NCBI GenBank assembly: GCA_021800535.1
Contig: JAJYYV010000001.1
Span: 84,641-148,640 of the forward strand
Direction: 5' to 3'
Length of the DNA stretch: 64,000 nt
From: a bacterium
GTDB lineage: Bacteria; Ratteibacteria; UBA8468; B48-G9; DTJG01
Positions 20,527 to 30,674 of the stretch are shown piece by piece. Numbering within the stretch: the stretch's first letter is position 1; each line of letters opens with the position of its first letter. The notes below the pieces were generated by a model. The model did no database searches. It had not been told where the DNA came from and saw only the letters and a program-made list of their open reading frames with translations. A program made the position numbers and the translations under genes.

Positions 20527-20989
20527 TCTTGATTTTTTTTATTATTTCTGTTGTAGAAAACCCTTTTACCAAAGGAAGTAAAACAACTTTTCCTCCATAT
20601 CTTTTAACAAAATCATAACCCACCACCTGTTCTTCTTTATAGTCAGAGCCTTTAATAATAATATCCGGCTTTAAGAATTTTATAATCTTTTCAGGAGTTT
20701 CTTCCTTGAATATAACACAATAATCTACAAATTCTAATGAACAGATTATACTAACTCTTTCCTTCTGGGAAAAAACAGGTCTGTTTTTACCTTTTAATTT
20801 CTTTACAGAGCTATCACTATTTACGCCAACAATCAATATATCCCCGTATTTTTTAGCTTTTCTTAAACTTACAAGGTGCCCATAATGAAACAAATCAAAA
20901 CAGCCATTTGTAAAAACTATTATATTGTTTCGTTTTTTTGCTTGTTTTATAATCTTTGAAAGAGAAGCAAGGGTTTTAATTTTTTTCAT
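20504..20989 (-). CDS. D-glycero-beta-D-manno-heptose 1-phosphate adenylyltransferase (RfaE/HldE domain II-like cytidylyltransferase)
   Basis: FTNGCFDLFHYGHL nucleotidyltransferase motif; 161 aa. Confidence 0.8.
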   Translation of the reverse strand: MKKIKTLASLSKIIKQAKKRNNIIVFTNGCFDLFHYGHLVSLRKAKKYGDILIVGVNSDSSVKKLKGKNRPVFSQKERVSIICSLEFVDYCVIFKEETPEKIIKFLKPDIIIKGSDYKEEQVVGYDFVKRYGGKVVLLPLVKGFSTTEIIKKIKNENLKDN

Positions 20990-21552
20990 AATGCTTCTTC
21001 AATAAACAGACAAATAGTATGGATAAGCAAAATATGAATTTCCTGTATTCTTGGAGTGCTTTTTGAATCCACACCTATACATATATCTGATATATCCCCC
21101 ACTGGATTAGGTAATGTTCCTGTAAATCCTATCACTTTCATTTTTTTATTTTTTGCTGTATAGACAGCATTTATAATATTTTTGGAAGACCCTGATGTAG
21201 AAAAAGATATAAGTATATCCCCCTGACTTCCTATTCCTTCAATTTGCCTGGAAAAAATGTTATCAAAAGAATAATCATTCCCTATACATGTAAGTATAGA
21301 TGTATTGGTTGTAAGAGATATAAAAGGCAGGGATTGTCTTTCTTTTAAAAATCTCCCAATCATTTCCCCGGCAAAATGCTGACAATCTGCAGCACTGCCT
21401 CCATTTCCACATAAAAGCACCTTTTTCCCTTCTTTTATAGCAGAAAGAATTATAGAAACAGTATTTAAAACTTTATCCTGAAAGGCTTTATCAAGGAATT
21501 GTTTTATAAGATTTTTATGTTCAGATACTATTTGTTCAAATATTTTTTCCAT
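20986..21552 (-). CDS. gmhA: Phosphoheptose isomerase (SIS domain)
   Basis: GNGGSAADCQHFAGEM is the GmhA signature. Confidence 0.85.
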   Translation of the reverse strand: MEKIFEQIVSEHKNLIKQFLDKAFQDKVLNTVSIILSAIKEGKKVLLCGNGGSAADCQHFAGEMIGRFLKERQSLPFISLTTNTSILTCIGNDYSFDNIFSRQIEGIGSQGDILISFSTSGSSKNIINAVYTAKNKKMKVIGFTGTLPNPVGDISDICIGVDSKSTPRIQEIHILLIHTICLFIEEAL

Positions 21553-22099
21553 TTTTACCCTCAGATGTCCCGGAAATTATCTGCGGTTCGGATACTATAT
21601 GTTTTATTTCCACCTGAATCTTGGAAACCCTGTCAATTCCAACAACATCCTGAAGATAATTTCTTATCAGGTCCTGTATTTGTGTGGAAATTTCAGGGAT
21701 ATTATATCCGCCAGGAACCTGTAAATAGATTGATGTTTCAAGTCCACGAGGGCTTATAGATGTTTTAACATTTACCGTTTTAATGTTTTTTATATGAGAG
21801 GTTATTTTAGATGAAACAAATTCCTCAATTGCCCGCAAAGAAATCTTTACCTGTCCGTGGGGATTATTGAATATTATATTTTTTGTTATAATTTTATAGT
21901 CAGACCAGTATATAAACCATATTATTCCCAACAAAATAAGTGCAAATCCTCCAATACCAAATCTTAACAGTTCTTTGTAAAGAAAATGTCTGCTTATTGT
22001 TATTATACCAGGTTTTATATAAGATACTGAGAAAAAAAGCATTGTCAGCAAACCCATCAAAATATAAATAAATTCTAAAATTCTTGTAAATATTCTCAT
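21536..22099 (-). CDS. Asp23/Gls24-family envelope stress protein with an N-terminal membrane anchor
   Basis: C-terminal GGYNIPEISTQIQDLIRNYLQDVVGI resembles the Asp23 core; two N-terminal TM helices. Confidence 0.45.
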   Translation of the reverse strand: MRIFTRILEFIYILMGLLTMLFFSVSYIKPGIITISRHFLYKELLRFGIGGFALILLGIIWFIYWSDYKIITKNIIFNNPHGQVKISLRAIEEFVSSKITSHIKNIKTVNVKTSISPRGLETSIYLQVPGGYNIPEISTQIQDLIRNYLQDVVGIDRVSKIQVEIKHIVSEPQIISGTSEGKNGKNI

Positions 22100-22180
22100 A
22101 TTTATTATATTATATATTTATTATTCTATTTTCTCAAATTTTTAGAAAATTCAGATGTGCAGGATAAGTAAAAATTTACC

Positions 22181-22819
22181 ATGAAGAAAATTAATGAAAT
22201 AATAAAATTTCTCACACGACAATATCCGGAAACCAAAACAGCTCTTATTCATTCAAATCCTTTTCAGCTGCTTGTTGCGACAATTCTTTCAGCACAAAGT
22301 ACAGATAAACAAGTAAATAAAATCACTCCGCAACTATTTGAAAAATTTAAAGGACCTGCAGATTTTGCAGGTTCTTCTTTAAAAAAAATTGAACAGATGG
22401 TTTCATCAGTAAATTTTTATAAAAATAAGGCTAAATATATATATCAATTAAGTAAAATTCTTACAGAAAAATACAATAATAAGGTTCCTGATACAATGGA
22501 AGAATTAATAAAGCTTCCCGGGGTGGCAAGAAAAACAGCCAATGTTGTTCTTTCTCAGGGGTTTGGCAAAAATGAAGGTATAGTTGTAGATACACATGTA
22601 AAAAGAGTATCCGCAAGGCTTGGTCTTACCCAGAATACAGACCCTGTAAAAATAGAAGAAGACCTGATGAAGATAATCCCTAAAACCCAATGGAAGGATT
22701 TTGCCTTTCGCTTAATACTTCATGGAAGAAATATATGTATAGCAAAAAAACCCAGATGTCAGTTATGTATAATAGAAAAATTATGTCCTTCAAGTATTTT
22801 AAAAAAAGGGAAAATTTAA
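22181..22819 (+). CDS. nth: Endonuclease III
   Basis: HhH LPGVARKTANVV; C-terminal 4Fe-4S CIAKKPRCQLCIIEKLC. Confidence 0.9.
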   Translation: MKKINEIIKFLTRQYPETKTALIHSNPFQLLVATILSAQSTDKQVNKITPQLFEKFKGPADFAGSSLKKIEQMVSSVNFYKNKAKYIYQLSKILTEKYNNKVPDTMEELIKLPGVARKTANVVLSQGFGKNEGIVVDTHVKRVSARLGLTQNTDPVKIEEDLMKIIPKTQWKDFAFRLILHGRNICIAKKPRCQLCIIEKLCPSSILKKGKI

Positions 22820-23541
22820 GATTTGTCATACTATTTGGTTTAGTAATAATTTTTTCTGGTTGTTCTTTTACTATAGGAACAAAATCCTCCTATCAAAGTA
22901 AAAATTTAAGTTCTTATGGTTGCTATCATATTGTTAGAAAAGGTGAAGATTTATATATGATTTCTTTATATTATGGTGTCCCTGTTCCCAAAATAGAATC
23001 AGCAAATGAATTATCATCCAGTCTTATATATCCAGGAGAAAAACTTTTTATCCCCGGGGTAAATAAAAAACAGCCTTCTTATGCTTTGGTTCCTTCTTAT
23101 GAACCTATGCCAACCAATTACCCCCAACAGGAACAAATAAAACCGGAAACGCATTTTTATGATATTATAAAAAAGAAACCATTTATATGGCCGGTAAAAG
23201 GTAAAATTGTTGGAAGATATGGAGAATTTGGTAATCAAGGTATTGATATAGAGGCAAACAATAACACAAATGTGATTGCTGCAGCAAATGGAAAAGTAGA
23301 ATATAGCGGCTGGACAGAAAAATATGGACCTACAATTGTTATTGTCCACAACAACATATACACCATTTATGGCCATAATATAACAATGGAAGTACATCAG
23401 GGACAAAAAATAAAACAGGGACAGATTATTGCTAAAATAAACAGCAGATATACAAAAGGATATCTGCATTTTGAAATAAGAAAAAAAACAACTTCTGTAA
23501 ATCCTTTAAATTATCTTGCAGAGGAGCAAAATGGCAAATAG
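22783..23541 (+). CDS. LysM-domain M23 family metallopeptidase (lipoprotein/secreted); start moved from 22690 to the in-frame ATG at 22783
   Basis: A signal/lipobox-like VIIFSGCS follows the 22783 start; LysM YHIVRKGEDLYMISLYYGV; M23 HNNIYTIYGHN...GYLHFEI; the upstream extension would run deep into nth. Confidence 0.75.
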   Translation: MSFKYFKKRENLRFVILFGLVIIFSGCSFTIGTKSSYQSKNLSSYGCYHIVRKGEDLYMISLYYGVPVPKIESANELSSSLIYPGEKLFIPGVNKKQPSYALVPSYEPMPTNYPQQEQIKPETHFYDIIKKKPFIWPVKGKIVGRYGEFGNQGIDIEANNNTNVIAAANGKVEYSGWTEKYGPTIVIVHNNIYTIYGHNITMEVHQGQKIKQGQIIAKINSRYTKGYLHFEIRKKTTSVNPLNYLAEEQNGK

Positions 23542-24664
23542 AATGGAATATGAAGCAATAGAAGAAAAAATCTTAAACCCATACGCTGTGTTTAGCGGGA
23601 AAAACAGGGGAAGGCTGTTTAAAGAAAAGGAACATCCCTATAGAACATCTTTTCAAAGAGATAGAGACAGAATAATACATTCTACAGCTTTTAGAAGATT
23701 AGAATACAAGACCCAGGTATTTATTTATTATGAGGGTGATTACTATAGAAACAGGCTTACCCATACAATAGAGGTTCAGCAGATAGCAAGAACCATTGCC
23801 AGAATTTTGGGAATAAATGAGGACATTACAGAAGCCATTTCTCTTGCCCATGATATTGGACATACACCTTTTGGACATAAAGGAGAATCAGTTTTAAATG
23901 AACTCATGAAGGATTTTGGAGGATTTGAACATAACAAACAGGGACTTCGTATTGTAGATAAACTTGAAAAAAGATATAAATCTTTTGATGGACTAAATCT
24001 GACCTATGAAGTAAGGGAAGGAATTATAAAACACTCAACAACCTATGATAAACCAGGGAAAAATGAATTTTCAGAATATCCTTCTTCAAGTCTTGAAAGT
24101 CAGGTGGTAAATTTTGCTGATGAAATAGCATACACCTGCCACGACATTGATGACGGTTTAAAATCCAATATAATAAAGGAAGAAGAATTAGAAAAAGAAA
24201 CAATATGGGGTTTTGTTATAAAAGAAATAAAAAAATCTTTAGATAAAGAATATGAGTTAAAAAGAACAGCAGGAGTCCGATATTTAATAAATTTTTTAGT
24301 GGAAAATCTTATAGAAGAAACAGAAAAAAATATAAAAAAGTATAGTCCTAAAGATGTAGAAGAAATAAGAAAAATGTCTCCTATAGCTGGTTTTAATCCG
24401 GAACTTAATAAATATTTCACTATTCTTAAAAAATTTCTTCTTGACAATATGTATATGCACTATAGAGTCCTCAGAATGGCAGAAAAAGCATTAATGATAA
24501 TTGAAGGGCTTTTTAATAAATATAAAAATGAACCCAAGATTCTCCCCACACATGTATATTCAAGGATATCCTCTGAACAAAAAGAAATAATTATATGCGA
24601 TTATATTGCCGGGATGACTGATAGATTTGCTCAGGAAGAATATAAAAAACTTTTTTACATATAA
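23516..24664 (+). CDS. dgt: dGTP triphosphohydrolase-like HD-domain phosphohydrolase
   Basis: RLTHTIEVQQIARTIA...AHDIGHTPFGH. Confidence 0.8.
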   Translation: MQRSKMANRMEYEAIEEKILNPYAVFSGKNRGRLFKEKEHPYRTSFQRDRDRIIHSTAFRRLEYKTQVFIYYEGDYYRNRLTHTIEVQQIARTIARILGINEDITEAISLAHDIGHTPFGHKGESVLNELMKDFGGFEHNKQGLRIVDKLEKRYKSFDGLNLTYEVREGIIKHSTTYDKPGKNEFSEYPSSSLESQVVNFADEIAYTCHDIDDGLKSNIIKEEELEKETIWGFVIKEIKKSLDKEYELKRTAGVRYLINFLVENLIEETEKNIKKYSPKDVEEIRKMSPIAGFNPELNKYFTILKKFLLDNMYMHYRVLRMAEKALMIIEGLFNKYKNEPKILPTHVYSRISSEQKEIIICDYIAGMTDRFAQEEYKKLFYI

Positions 24665-24667
24665 TTT

Positions 24668-25738
24668 ATGGATAAAAAAACAGTCCTAATAATTCTTAAT
24701 CTGATAAATAATATTGGATATTCAAAGCTTCAACAATTAAAAAACCAGTCTGGCGGCACAGAAAATATTCTTTCTCTTCCACCTGAAATAATTAAAAATA
24801 TTTTACCAGAAACTACAGCATATAAACTAACAAACTGGAAAACTTTGCCATGGGAAAAAGAATTAGAAGAAATAGAAAAAAAGAAAATAAATATTATAAC
24901 CATTGAAGATGAAAATTACCCATATCTTTTAAAACAAATTCCAAGTCCTCCAATAGTTTTATATGTCCAAGGCAGACTATCCCCTGATGATTTATGTCTT
25001 GGCATTGTTGGAACAAGAATGCCTTCAATATATGGAATATCCATGGCAGAAAAATTTTCTTCAGAATTAGCCTGTTATGGTATATGTATTATCAGCGGCA
25101 TGGCAAGAGGAATTGATTCTTTTGCGCATAAAGCATGTCTTAAGGTCAAAGGAAAAACAATTGCCGTAATTGGCGCAGGATTTAATAATATATATCCTGC
25201 TGAAAATATAAAACTTTTTGAAGAAATCGTAAATACCGGCGCGGCTATTTCTGAATTTTCTCTCAATACTTTTCCCTATAAAACAAATTTCCCCAGAAGG
25301 AACAGGATAATATCAGGATTAAGCAAAGCAGTGTTGATTATTGAGGCAGGTATTAAAAGCGGAGCACTCATAACTGCGCATATGGCAGTGGAACAAAACA
25401 GGGATGTCTTTGTTCTTCCTTCAGATGCAAACAGACTAACAGGAAAAGGCAATAACCAGCTGATTAAAGAAGGTGCATTCCTTGTGGAAAATGTCCAGGA
25501 TATCATTGAAAATCTTGGGATTGAAAAAGAACAAAAATCAGTTATTAAGGAGAAAAAACATATAAATCTGACAGAAGAGGAAAAAACAATAACAGATATT
25601 TTAAAAGGGAAATGTCTGCACTTTGAAGAACTCATTCTTTTAACAGGGATGTCAGCCCAAAATCTTATGCAGATTCTGACTTCTCTTGAACTTAAAGGTG
25701 CTGTCACTTCAAAATCCAACAACTTCTTTGAATTATAA
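24668..25738 (+). CDS. dprA: DNA processing protein DprA (Smf)
   Basis: GMARGIDSFAHKA Rossmann-like DprA core. Confidence 0.85.
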   Translation: MDKKTVLIILNLINNIGYSKLQQLKNQSGGTENILSLPPEIIKNILPETTAYKLTNWKTLPWEKELEEIEKKKINIITIEDENYPYLLKQIPSPPIVLYVQGRLSPDDLCLGIVGTRMPSIYGISMAEKFSSELACYGICIISGMARGIDSFAHKACLKVKGKTIAVIGAGFNNIYPAENIKLFEEIVNTGAAISEFSLNTFPYKTNFPRRNRIISGLSKAVLIIEAGIKSGALITAHMAVEQNRDVFVLPSDANRLTGKGNNQLIKEGAFLVENVQDIIENLGIEKEQKSVIKEKKHINLTEEEKTITDILKGKCLHFEELILLTGMSAQNLMQILTSLELKGAVTSKSNNFFEL

Positions 25739-25765
25739 GTTCCTATAAAATTTATTTTTAATGGA

Positions 25766-25794
25766 TTGCAGGTGTTGTATTTTTATCCTATAAT
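25766..25794 (+). promoter_or_regulatory. Sigma70-like promoter upstream of thrS: TTGCAG, 17-nt spacer, TATAAT
   Basis: -35 at 25766-25771 and -10 at 25789-25794, about 30 nt upstream of the thrS ATG. Confidence 0.5.
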
Positions 25795-25823
25795 ATTATC
25801 CAATAATCATAAAAGGTAAAACA

Positions 25824-27566
25824 ATGAATAAAGATGAAATGAAAATATACTGGCATACCAGTTCACATATTCTGGCTCAGGCAGTAAAAAGACTTTATCC
25901 TGAGACAAAACTTGGTATTGGTCCTGCTATTGAAGAAGGGTTTTATTATGATTTCTACAGGGAAATCCCTTTTACTCCACAGGATATTGAAAAAATAACA
26001 ACAGAAATGGAAAAAATCATTAAAGAAAATTTTCCTGTGGAAAAAATAGAATATGATAAACAAAATGCAGAAGAAATACTTAAAGATGAAAAATTTAAAT
26101 TGGAAATTTTAAAAGAAATACCTGATGAAAAGGTGTCTTTTTACAGACAGGGAGAATTTATTGACCTATGTAAAGGACCGCATTTATCTTATACTGGCAA
26201 GATAAAATTTTTTAAATTATTGAGTATATCCTCCTCTTATTGGAAAGGTAATGAAAAAAATCCTTCTATGCAGAGAATCTATGGTATAAGTTTTCCTGAA
26301 AAAAAAGATTTAAATGAATACTTACAAAGAATTGAAGAGGCAAAATCAAGGGACCACAGGATACTCGGACCTAAAATAGGTCTTTTTTCTCTTCAACAGG
26401 AATTTGGCCCGGGATTGGTCTTCTGGCATCCAAAGGGAGCAATAATAAGAAAAATTATAGAAGATTTCTGGAAGGATATACATTTGGAAAATGGATATCA
26501 GCTTTTATATACACCACATATCGCAAACATCAAATTATGGGAAATGTCCGGACATATTGAATTTTATAAAGAAAATATGTACCCTCCCATAGAAATTGAT
26601 GAAAAAATCCTCTATCAGTTAAAACCTATGAACTGCCCATTCCATATACTTATTTACCAGGATACTGTGAGAAGTTATAGGGAATTACCCCTAAGATGGG
26701 CTGAACTTGGAACAGTATACAGACTTGAAAAAATTGGTGTCCTTCATGGACTTTTAAGGGTAAGAGGTTTTACGCAGGATGATGCACATATTTTTTGCAG
26801 GGTGGAACAGATAGAAGAAGAAATTATGAAAATTCTCCAACTTGTTTTGTTCTTTCTGAAAAGTTTTGGATTTGATAAGTATGAAGTCTTTCTTTCCACA
26901 AGACCTGATAAGTTTGTTGGTTCAATTGAAAACTGGGAAAAAGCCACAAATGCCCTTACACAAGCATTAAAAAAGAAAGACTTCCAATATCAGATTGACC
27001 CTGGAGAAGGAGTATTTTACGGTCCCAAAATAGACATAAAAGTAAGAGACTGCCTTAATAGATTATGGCAGTGCACAACTATACAGGTTGATTTTAATAT
27101 TCCTGAAAGATTTAATCTAAGGTTTGTAAATGAAAAAAATGAGTTTGAACAGCCTATAATGATTCACAGGGCAATAATGGGTTCCCTGGAAAGATTTTTT
27201 GGTATTTTGATTGAACATTATAATGGGAATTTTCCGCTCTGGCTTGCTCCTGTTCAGATAAAAATACTTCCTATTTCAGAAACATTCTTTGAATATGGAG
27301 AAAAAATTTTAAAAATATTACAGAAAGAAAAATTCAGGGTCCGGATGGATACTTCCCAGGAAAAGCTAAACAAAAAAATAAAAATTGCAGAAGAAGAAAA
27401 AATATCTTATATTTTTATTGTTGGAGAAAAAGAAGAAAAAGAAAACACTATTGCAGTAAGAAAACATGGAAAAGGAATGCTTGGAACCTTTACAATAGAG
27501 GATATAATAAACATATTAAAAAAAGAAATAAATACCAGAGTTTATTTAGATGAAAACAATCTATAA
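25824..27566 (+). CDS. thrS: Threonine--tRNA ligase lacking the N-terminal TGS (N1) domain
   Basis: Starts at the editing-domain motif HTSSHILAQAV; class II aaRS core; 580 aa against about 640 in typical ThrS. Confidence 0.9.
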   Translation: MNKDEMKIYWHTSSHILAQAVKRLYPETKLGIGPAIEEGFYYDFYREIPFTPQDIEKITTEMEKIIKENFPVEKIEYDKQNAEEILKDEKFKLEILKEIPDEKVSFYRQGEFIDLCKGPHLSYTGKIKFFKLLSISSSYWKGNEKNPSMQRIYGISFPEKKDLNEYLQRIEEAKSRDHRILGPKIGLFSLQQEFGPGLVFWHPKGAIIRKIIEDFWKDIHLENGYQLLYTPHIANIKLWEMSGHIEFYKENMYPPIEIDEKILYQLKPMNCPFHILIYQDTVRSYRELPLRWAELGTVYRLEKIGVLHGLLRVRGFTQDDAHIFCRVEQIEEEIMKILQLVLFFLKSFGFDKYEVFLSTRPDKFVGSIENWEKATNALTQALKKKDFQYQIDPGEGVFYGPKIDIKVRDCLNRLWQCTTIQVDFNIPERFNLRFVNEKNEFEQPIMIHRAIMGSLERFFGILIEHYNGNFPLWLAPVQIKILPISETFFEYGEKILKILQKEKFRVRMDTSQEKLNKKIKIAEEEKISYIFIVGEKEEKENTIAVRKHGKGMLGTFTIEDIINILKKEINTRVYLDENNL

Positions 27567-27667
27567 ATCTTAAAAAAATGGCTATAGTTTTTTCAGTTCT
27601 GTTTCTTATATTTTTATACGGAATAACTGCTTATCTGGTTATAACCAGATACTAAGTTATAAAATTC

Positions 27668-28093
27668 ATGATAGATTTTGGAGTAAGTCCTGAAAAACAA
27701 AAAGAACTTTCCGGGAAAATGCAAAAATTTGGGATAAAAGAATCAGATATTATTGAAAATTTTATCCGCTCAGCCGGGCCTGGAGGTCAAAATGTCAATA
27801 AAACCTCTACGGCTGTTTATCTTAAACACCTGCCTACAGGAATAGAGGTAAAATGTCAAAACACCCGTTCTCAATCTTTAAACAGATATTTTGCAAGAAA
27901 AATATTAGTTCAAAAAATAGAAGACCAGATTCTTGGCCGTCTTTCTTCTGAAAAACAAAAAATAGAAAAAATAAAAAGACAAAAAAGAAAAAGGTCCAAA
28001 AGAGCCAAGGAAAAAACACTCGCATTAAAAAAACAAAAATCGGAAATTAAAAAATCAAGAAAACATATAAAAGAATTGTATAATATTGTATAG
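27668..28093 (+). CDS. arfB: Alternative ribosome-rescue factor ArfB-type peptidyl-tRNA hydrolase
   Basis: GPGGQNVNKTSTAV (GGQ); basic C-terminal tail; 141 aa. Confidence 0.85.
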   Translation: MIDFGVSPEKQKELSGKMQKFGIKESDIIENFIRSAGPGGQNVNKTSTAVYLKHLPTGIEVKCQNTRSQSLNRYFARKILVQKIEDQILGRLSSEKQKIEKIKRQKRKRSKRAKEKTLALKKQKSEIKKSRKHIKELYNIV

Positions 28094-28131
28094 AACCTTC
28101 CTAAAAATGTATATAACAAGGAGAAATATTT

Positions 28132-29253
28132 ATGAAAAAAGATGATAATGGTTTTAAACAATTTGTAACATCTCTTGTAAAAAAACACGGAACACCTCTT
28201 TTTTTAATATCTGAGTTAAAATTAAAAGAAAGGGTTGAATATTTTAAAAAATTATTGCCTGGTGTTGTTCCATATTATGCAGTAAAAGCAAATCCATCCC
28301 TGGAAATTCTGAAAACTTTTGCATCTCTGGGACTATATTTTGATGTGGCATCAGAAAAAGAGATAGAAACTATACTCAAACTCGGTGTATCACCTGATAA
28401 ACTTATCCTTTCCAATTCCGTAAAATCCCCACCTCTTATAAAATTTGCCAAAGAAAAAAATGTTTTACTCTTTACATTTGACTCTGAATACGAAATACAA
28501 AAAATAGCAAAATATGCACCGGGCAGCAGGGTGATAGCAAGAATAAAAGTTCCAAATGTTGGCTCTGTGGTTGAATTATCTCTTAAGTTTGGACTGGAAC
28601 CGGAAGATGTTATTCCATTGCTTGTAAAGGCAAAAAAACTTGGTCTAAAACCTGAAGGTATTAGTTTTCATGTAGGTTCCCAGTGTACAAGGGTGGAAAA
28701 CTATTTAGAATCTTTTGAACTTACATCAATGATTTTAAAAGATGCCCAGGCAAAAAACATATCCTTGAATATTGTAGATATTGGCGGAGGATTTCCCATA
28801 AAACATTTTAATCACGAGGAAGGTATTTTTGAAGAAATGGCTCCTGTTTTAAATAAAGAACTGCACCGTATATTTAATAAATCCATTCAGATAATTGGAG
28901 AACCAGGAAGAGCTCTGGTAGGCCCATGCTGTACTCTGGTAATGAGGGTAATTGGTAAATCCATTAGAAAAAACAAACACTGGTATTATCTGGATGACGG
29001 AGTTTATGGATGTCTTTCAGGAATTATTTATGACCATTGCAAATACCAGTTTAATGTTTTTAAAAAAGGCTCTGTACAAATTTCAACACTTGCAGGCCCA
29101 ACCTGCGACTCTTTTGATATTATATCTGTCAGTGAAGACCTTCCTGAATTAGAAATAGGGGACATCATTTATGTAAAAAACATTGGAGCCTATTCAATAG
29201 CAACTGCAACAAATTTTAACAGCATACCTGTGGCAAAAACTATAGTGATTTAA
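28132..29253 (+). CDS. PLP-dependent Orn/DAP/Arg decarboxylase family 2 protein (ornithine decarboxylase-like)
   Basis: PYYAVKANP PLP-lysine motif; 373 aa. Confidence 0.75.
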   Translation: MKKDDNGFKQFVTSLVKKHGTPLFLISELKLKERVEYFKKLLPGVVPYYAVKANPSLEILKTFASLGLYFDVASEKEIETILKLGVSPDKLILSNSVKSPPLIKFAKEKNVLLFTFDSEYEIQKIAKYAPGSRVIARIKVPNVGSVVELSLKFGLEPEDVIPLLVKAKKLGLKPEGISFHVGSQCTRVENYLESFELTSMILKDAQAKNISLNIVDIGGGFPIKHFNHEEGIFEEMAPVLNKELHRIFNKSIQIIGEPGRALVGPCCTLVMRVIGKSIRKNKHWYYLDDGVYGCLSGIIYDHCKYQFNVFKKGSVQISTLAGPTCDSFDIISVSEDLPELEIGDIIYVKNIGAYSIATATNFNSIPVAKTIVI

Positions 29254-29359
29254 TAAAATATAAACATAACACAATTTTTGGTAATGAGTTACCCTTATGT
29301 TATAATTAAATATATTTTTATTTTAATATCTTAAAATCAATATATTACCTATTATTAAC

Positions 29360-30538
29360 ATGAAAAAAAATTATAGAACAAGGACAGACCTAAAAAATTT
29401 ACCAGACTGGATGAAAAACAAAAAATGCCCGCACAAGGATAAATATCTTTCAGGAAAAAGAATTCTTTCAAAGGGTATAACAGGAAAAGAAAAATTAATT
29501 GATATTATAGATAATACATTTCTTGCTTACAATTCAGCCCGCCTGAAAGAGGCAGCCAAACTTTTTACAGAAAAAATGCTGGAGAACGATGTAACCGTGG
29601 GAATGAGTCTGGCAGGAGCTTTAACACCTGCGGGAATTGGTTGTTCCTGCATTATCCCTCTTATTAATGCAGGATTTGTTGACTGGATTGTAGCAACAGG
29701 CGCAAATCTTTATCATGACCTTCATTTTGCCTTTAATCTTCCTCTTTATAAAGGGTCTTTTGTTGTTGATGATACTGATTTAAGAAAAAATGATGTTGTA
29801 AGAATTTATGATGTTTTTTTAGGTTATACAGATTGTCTTATGAAGACAGATGAAATTCTCAGAAATATACTCATTCAACCTGAATTTCAGAAAGAAATGG
29901 GAACAGGGGAATTTTATCATCTGTTAGGGAAATATGCCTCTGGATGGGAGAAAAAAACCGGATTTAAAAATGTATCTGTTCTTGCTGCTGCATATAATGC
30001 AGGAGTTCCTCTTTACACAAGCTCACCAGGAGATTCAACAATTGGAATGAACATAGCAGGACTTGAACTTGAAGGTTTAAAATTAAGAATAAACTCTTCT
30101 ATTGATGTCAATGAAACAACCTCTTTTGTTCTGGAGGCAAAAAAGTCAGGAGGAAAATCTGCTGTATTATTAATAGGGGGAGGAAGCCCCAAAAATTTTA
30201 TTCTTCAGACAGAACCACAAATTCAGGAAGTATTAAAAATTAAAGAAGTCGGACAGGATTATTTTATTCAGATTACAGATGCCAGACCCGATACAGGCGG
30301 ACTTTCCGGAGCAACACCACATGAAGCGGTTTCCTGGGGAAAGGTAGACCCGGACAAACTTCCGGATGCAATTGTTTGTTATGTGGATTCTACCATTGCC
30401 CTTCCATTAATTACACATTATGCCCTTGCAAAAAGAAAAAAAAGAACATTAAAAAAATTATATTTTAAAAGAAAAGAATTATTTGAAAAATTAAAAAAAG
30501 AATATTTTCTTAATAACTTCTCTAAAAAAAATCAGTAA
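29360..30538 (+). CDS. Deoxyhypusine synthase-like protein (homospermidine synthase-like)
   Basis: MSLAGALTPAGIG and GGGSPKNF resemble the DHS fold; paired with the ODC-like gene. Confidence 0.55.
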   Translation: MKKNYRTRTDLKNLPDWMKNKKCPHKDKYLSGKRILSKGITGKEKLIDIIDNTFLAYNSARLKEAAKLFTEKMLENDVTVGMSLAGALTPAGIGCSCIIPLINAGFVDWIVATGANLYHDLHFAFNLPLYKGSFVVDDTDLRKNDVVRIYDVFLGYTDCLMKTDEILRNILIQPEFQKEMGTGEFYHLLGKYASGWEKKTGFKNVSVLAAAYNAGVPLYTSSPGDSTIGMNIAGLELEGLKLRINSSIDVNETTSFVLEAKKSGGKSAVLLIGGGSPKNFILQTEPQIQEVLKIKEVGQDYFIQITDARPDTGGLSGATPHEAVSWGKVDPDKLPDAIVCYVDSTIALPLITHYALAKRKKRTLKKLYFKRKELFEKLKKEYFLNNFSKKNQ

Positions 30539-30674
30539 TTGATTCATTGGTATACCTATCTTTTTTCAGAAACATCCTCAAGATTTTGACAAAAGGTCTT
30601 ATTTATTATAAATTAATATATATTAATTTAATGAATAATTACCTTGACTGGGATAATTATAAAAGGATTGATTT

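Noticed and set aside
21499-21759. 86 aa plus-strand ORF between gmhA and the Asp23-like gene
   Set aside because: It overlaps the ends of two convergently well-supported minus-strand genes and has no RBS.
22690-22782. Upstream extension of the M23 peptidase ORF
   Set aside because: It would overlap nth by 130 nt. The ATG at 22783 immediately precedes a signal peptide or lipobox.
28952-29152. 66 aa plus-strand ORF inside the ODC-like gene in another frame
   Set aside because: It is nested within a motif-supported CDS.
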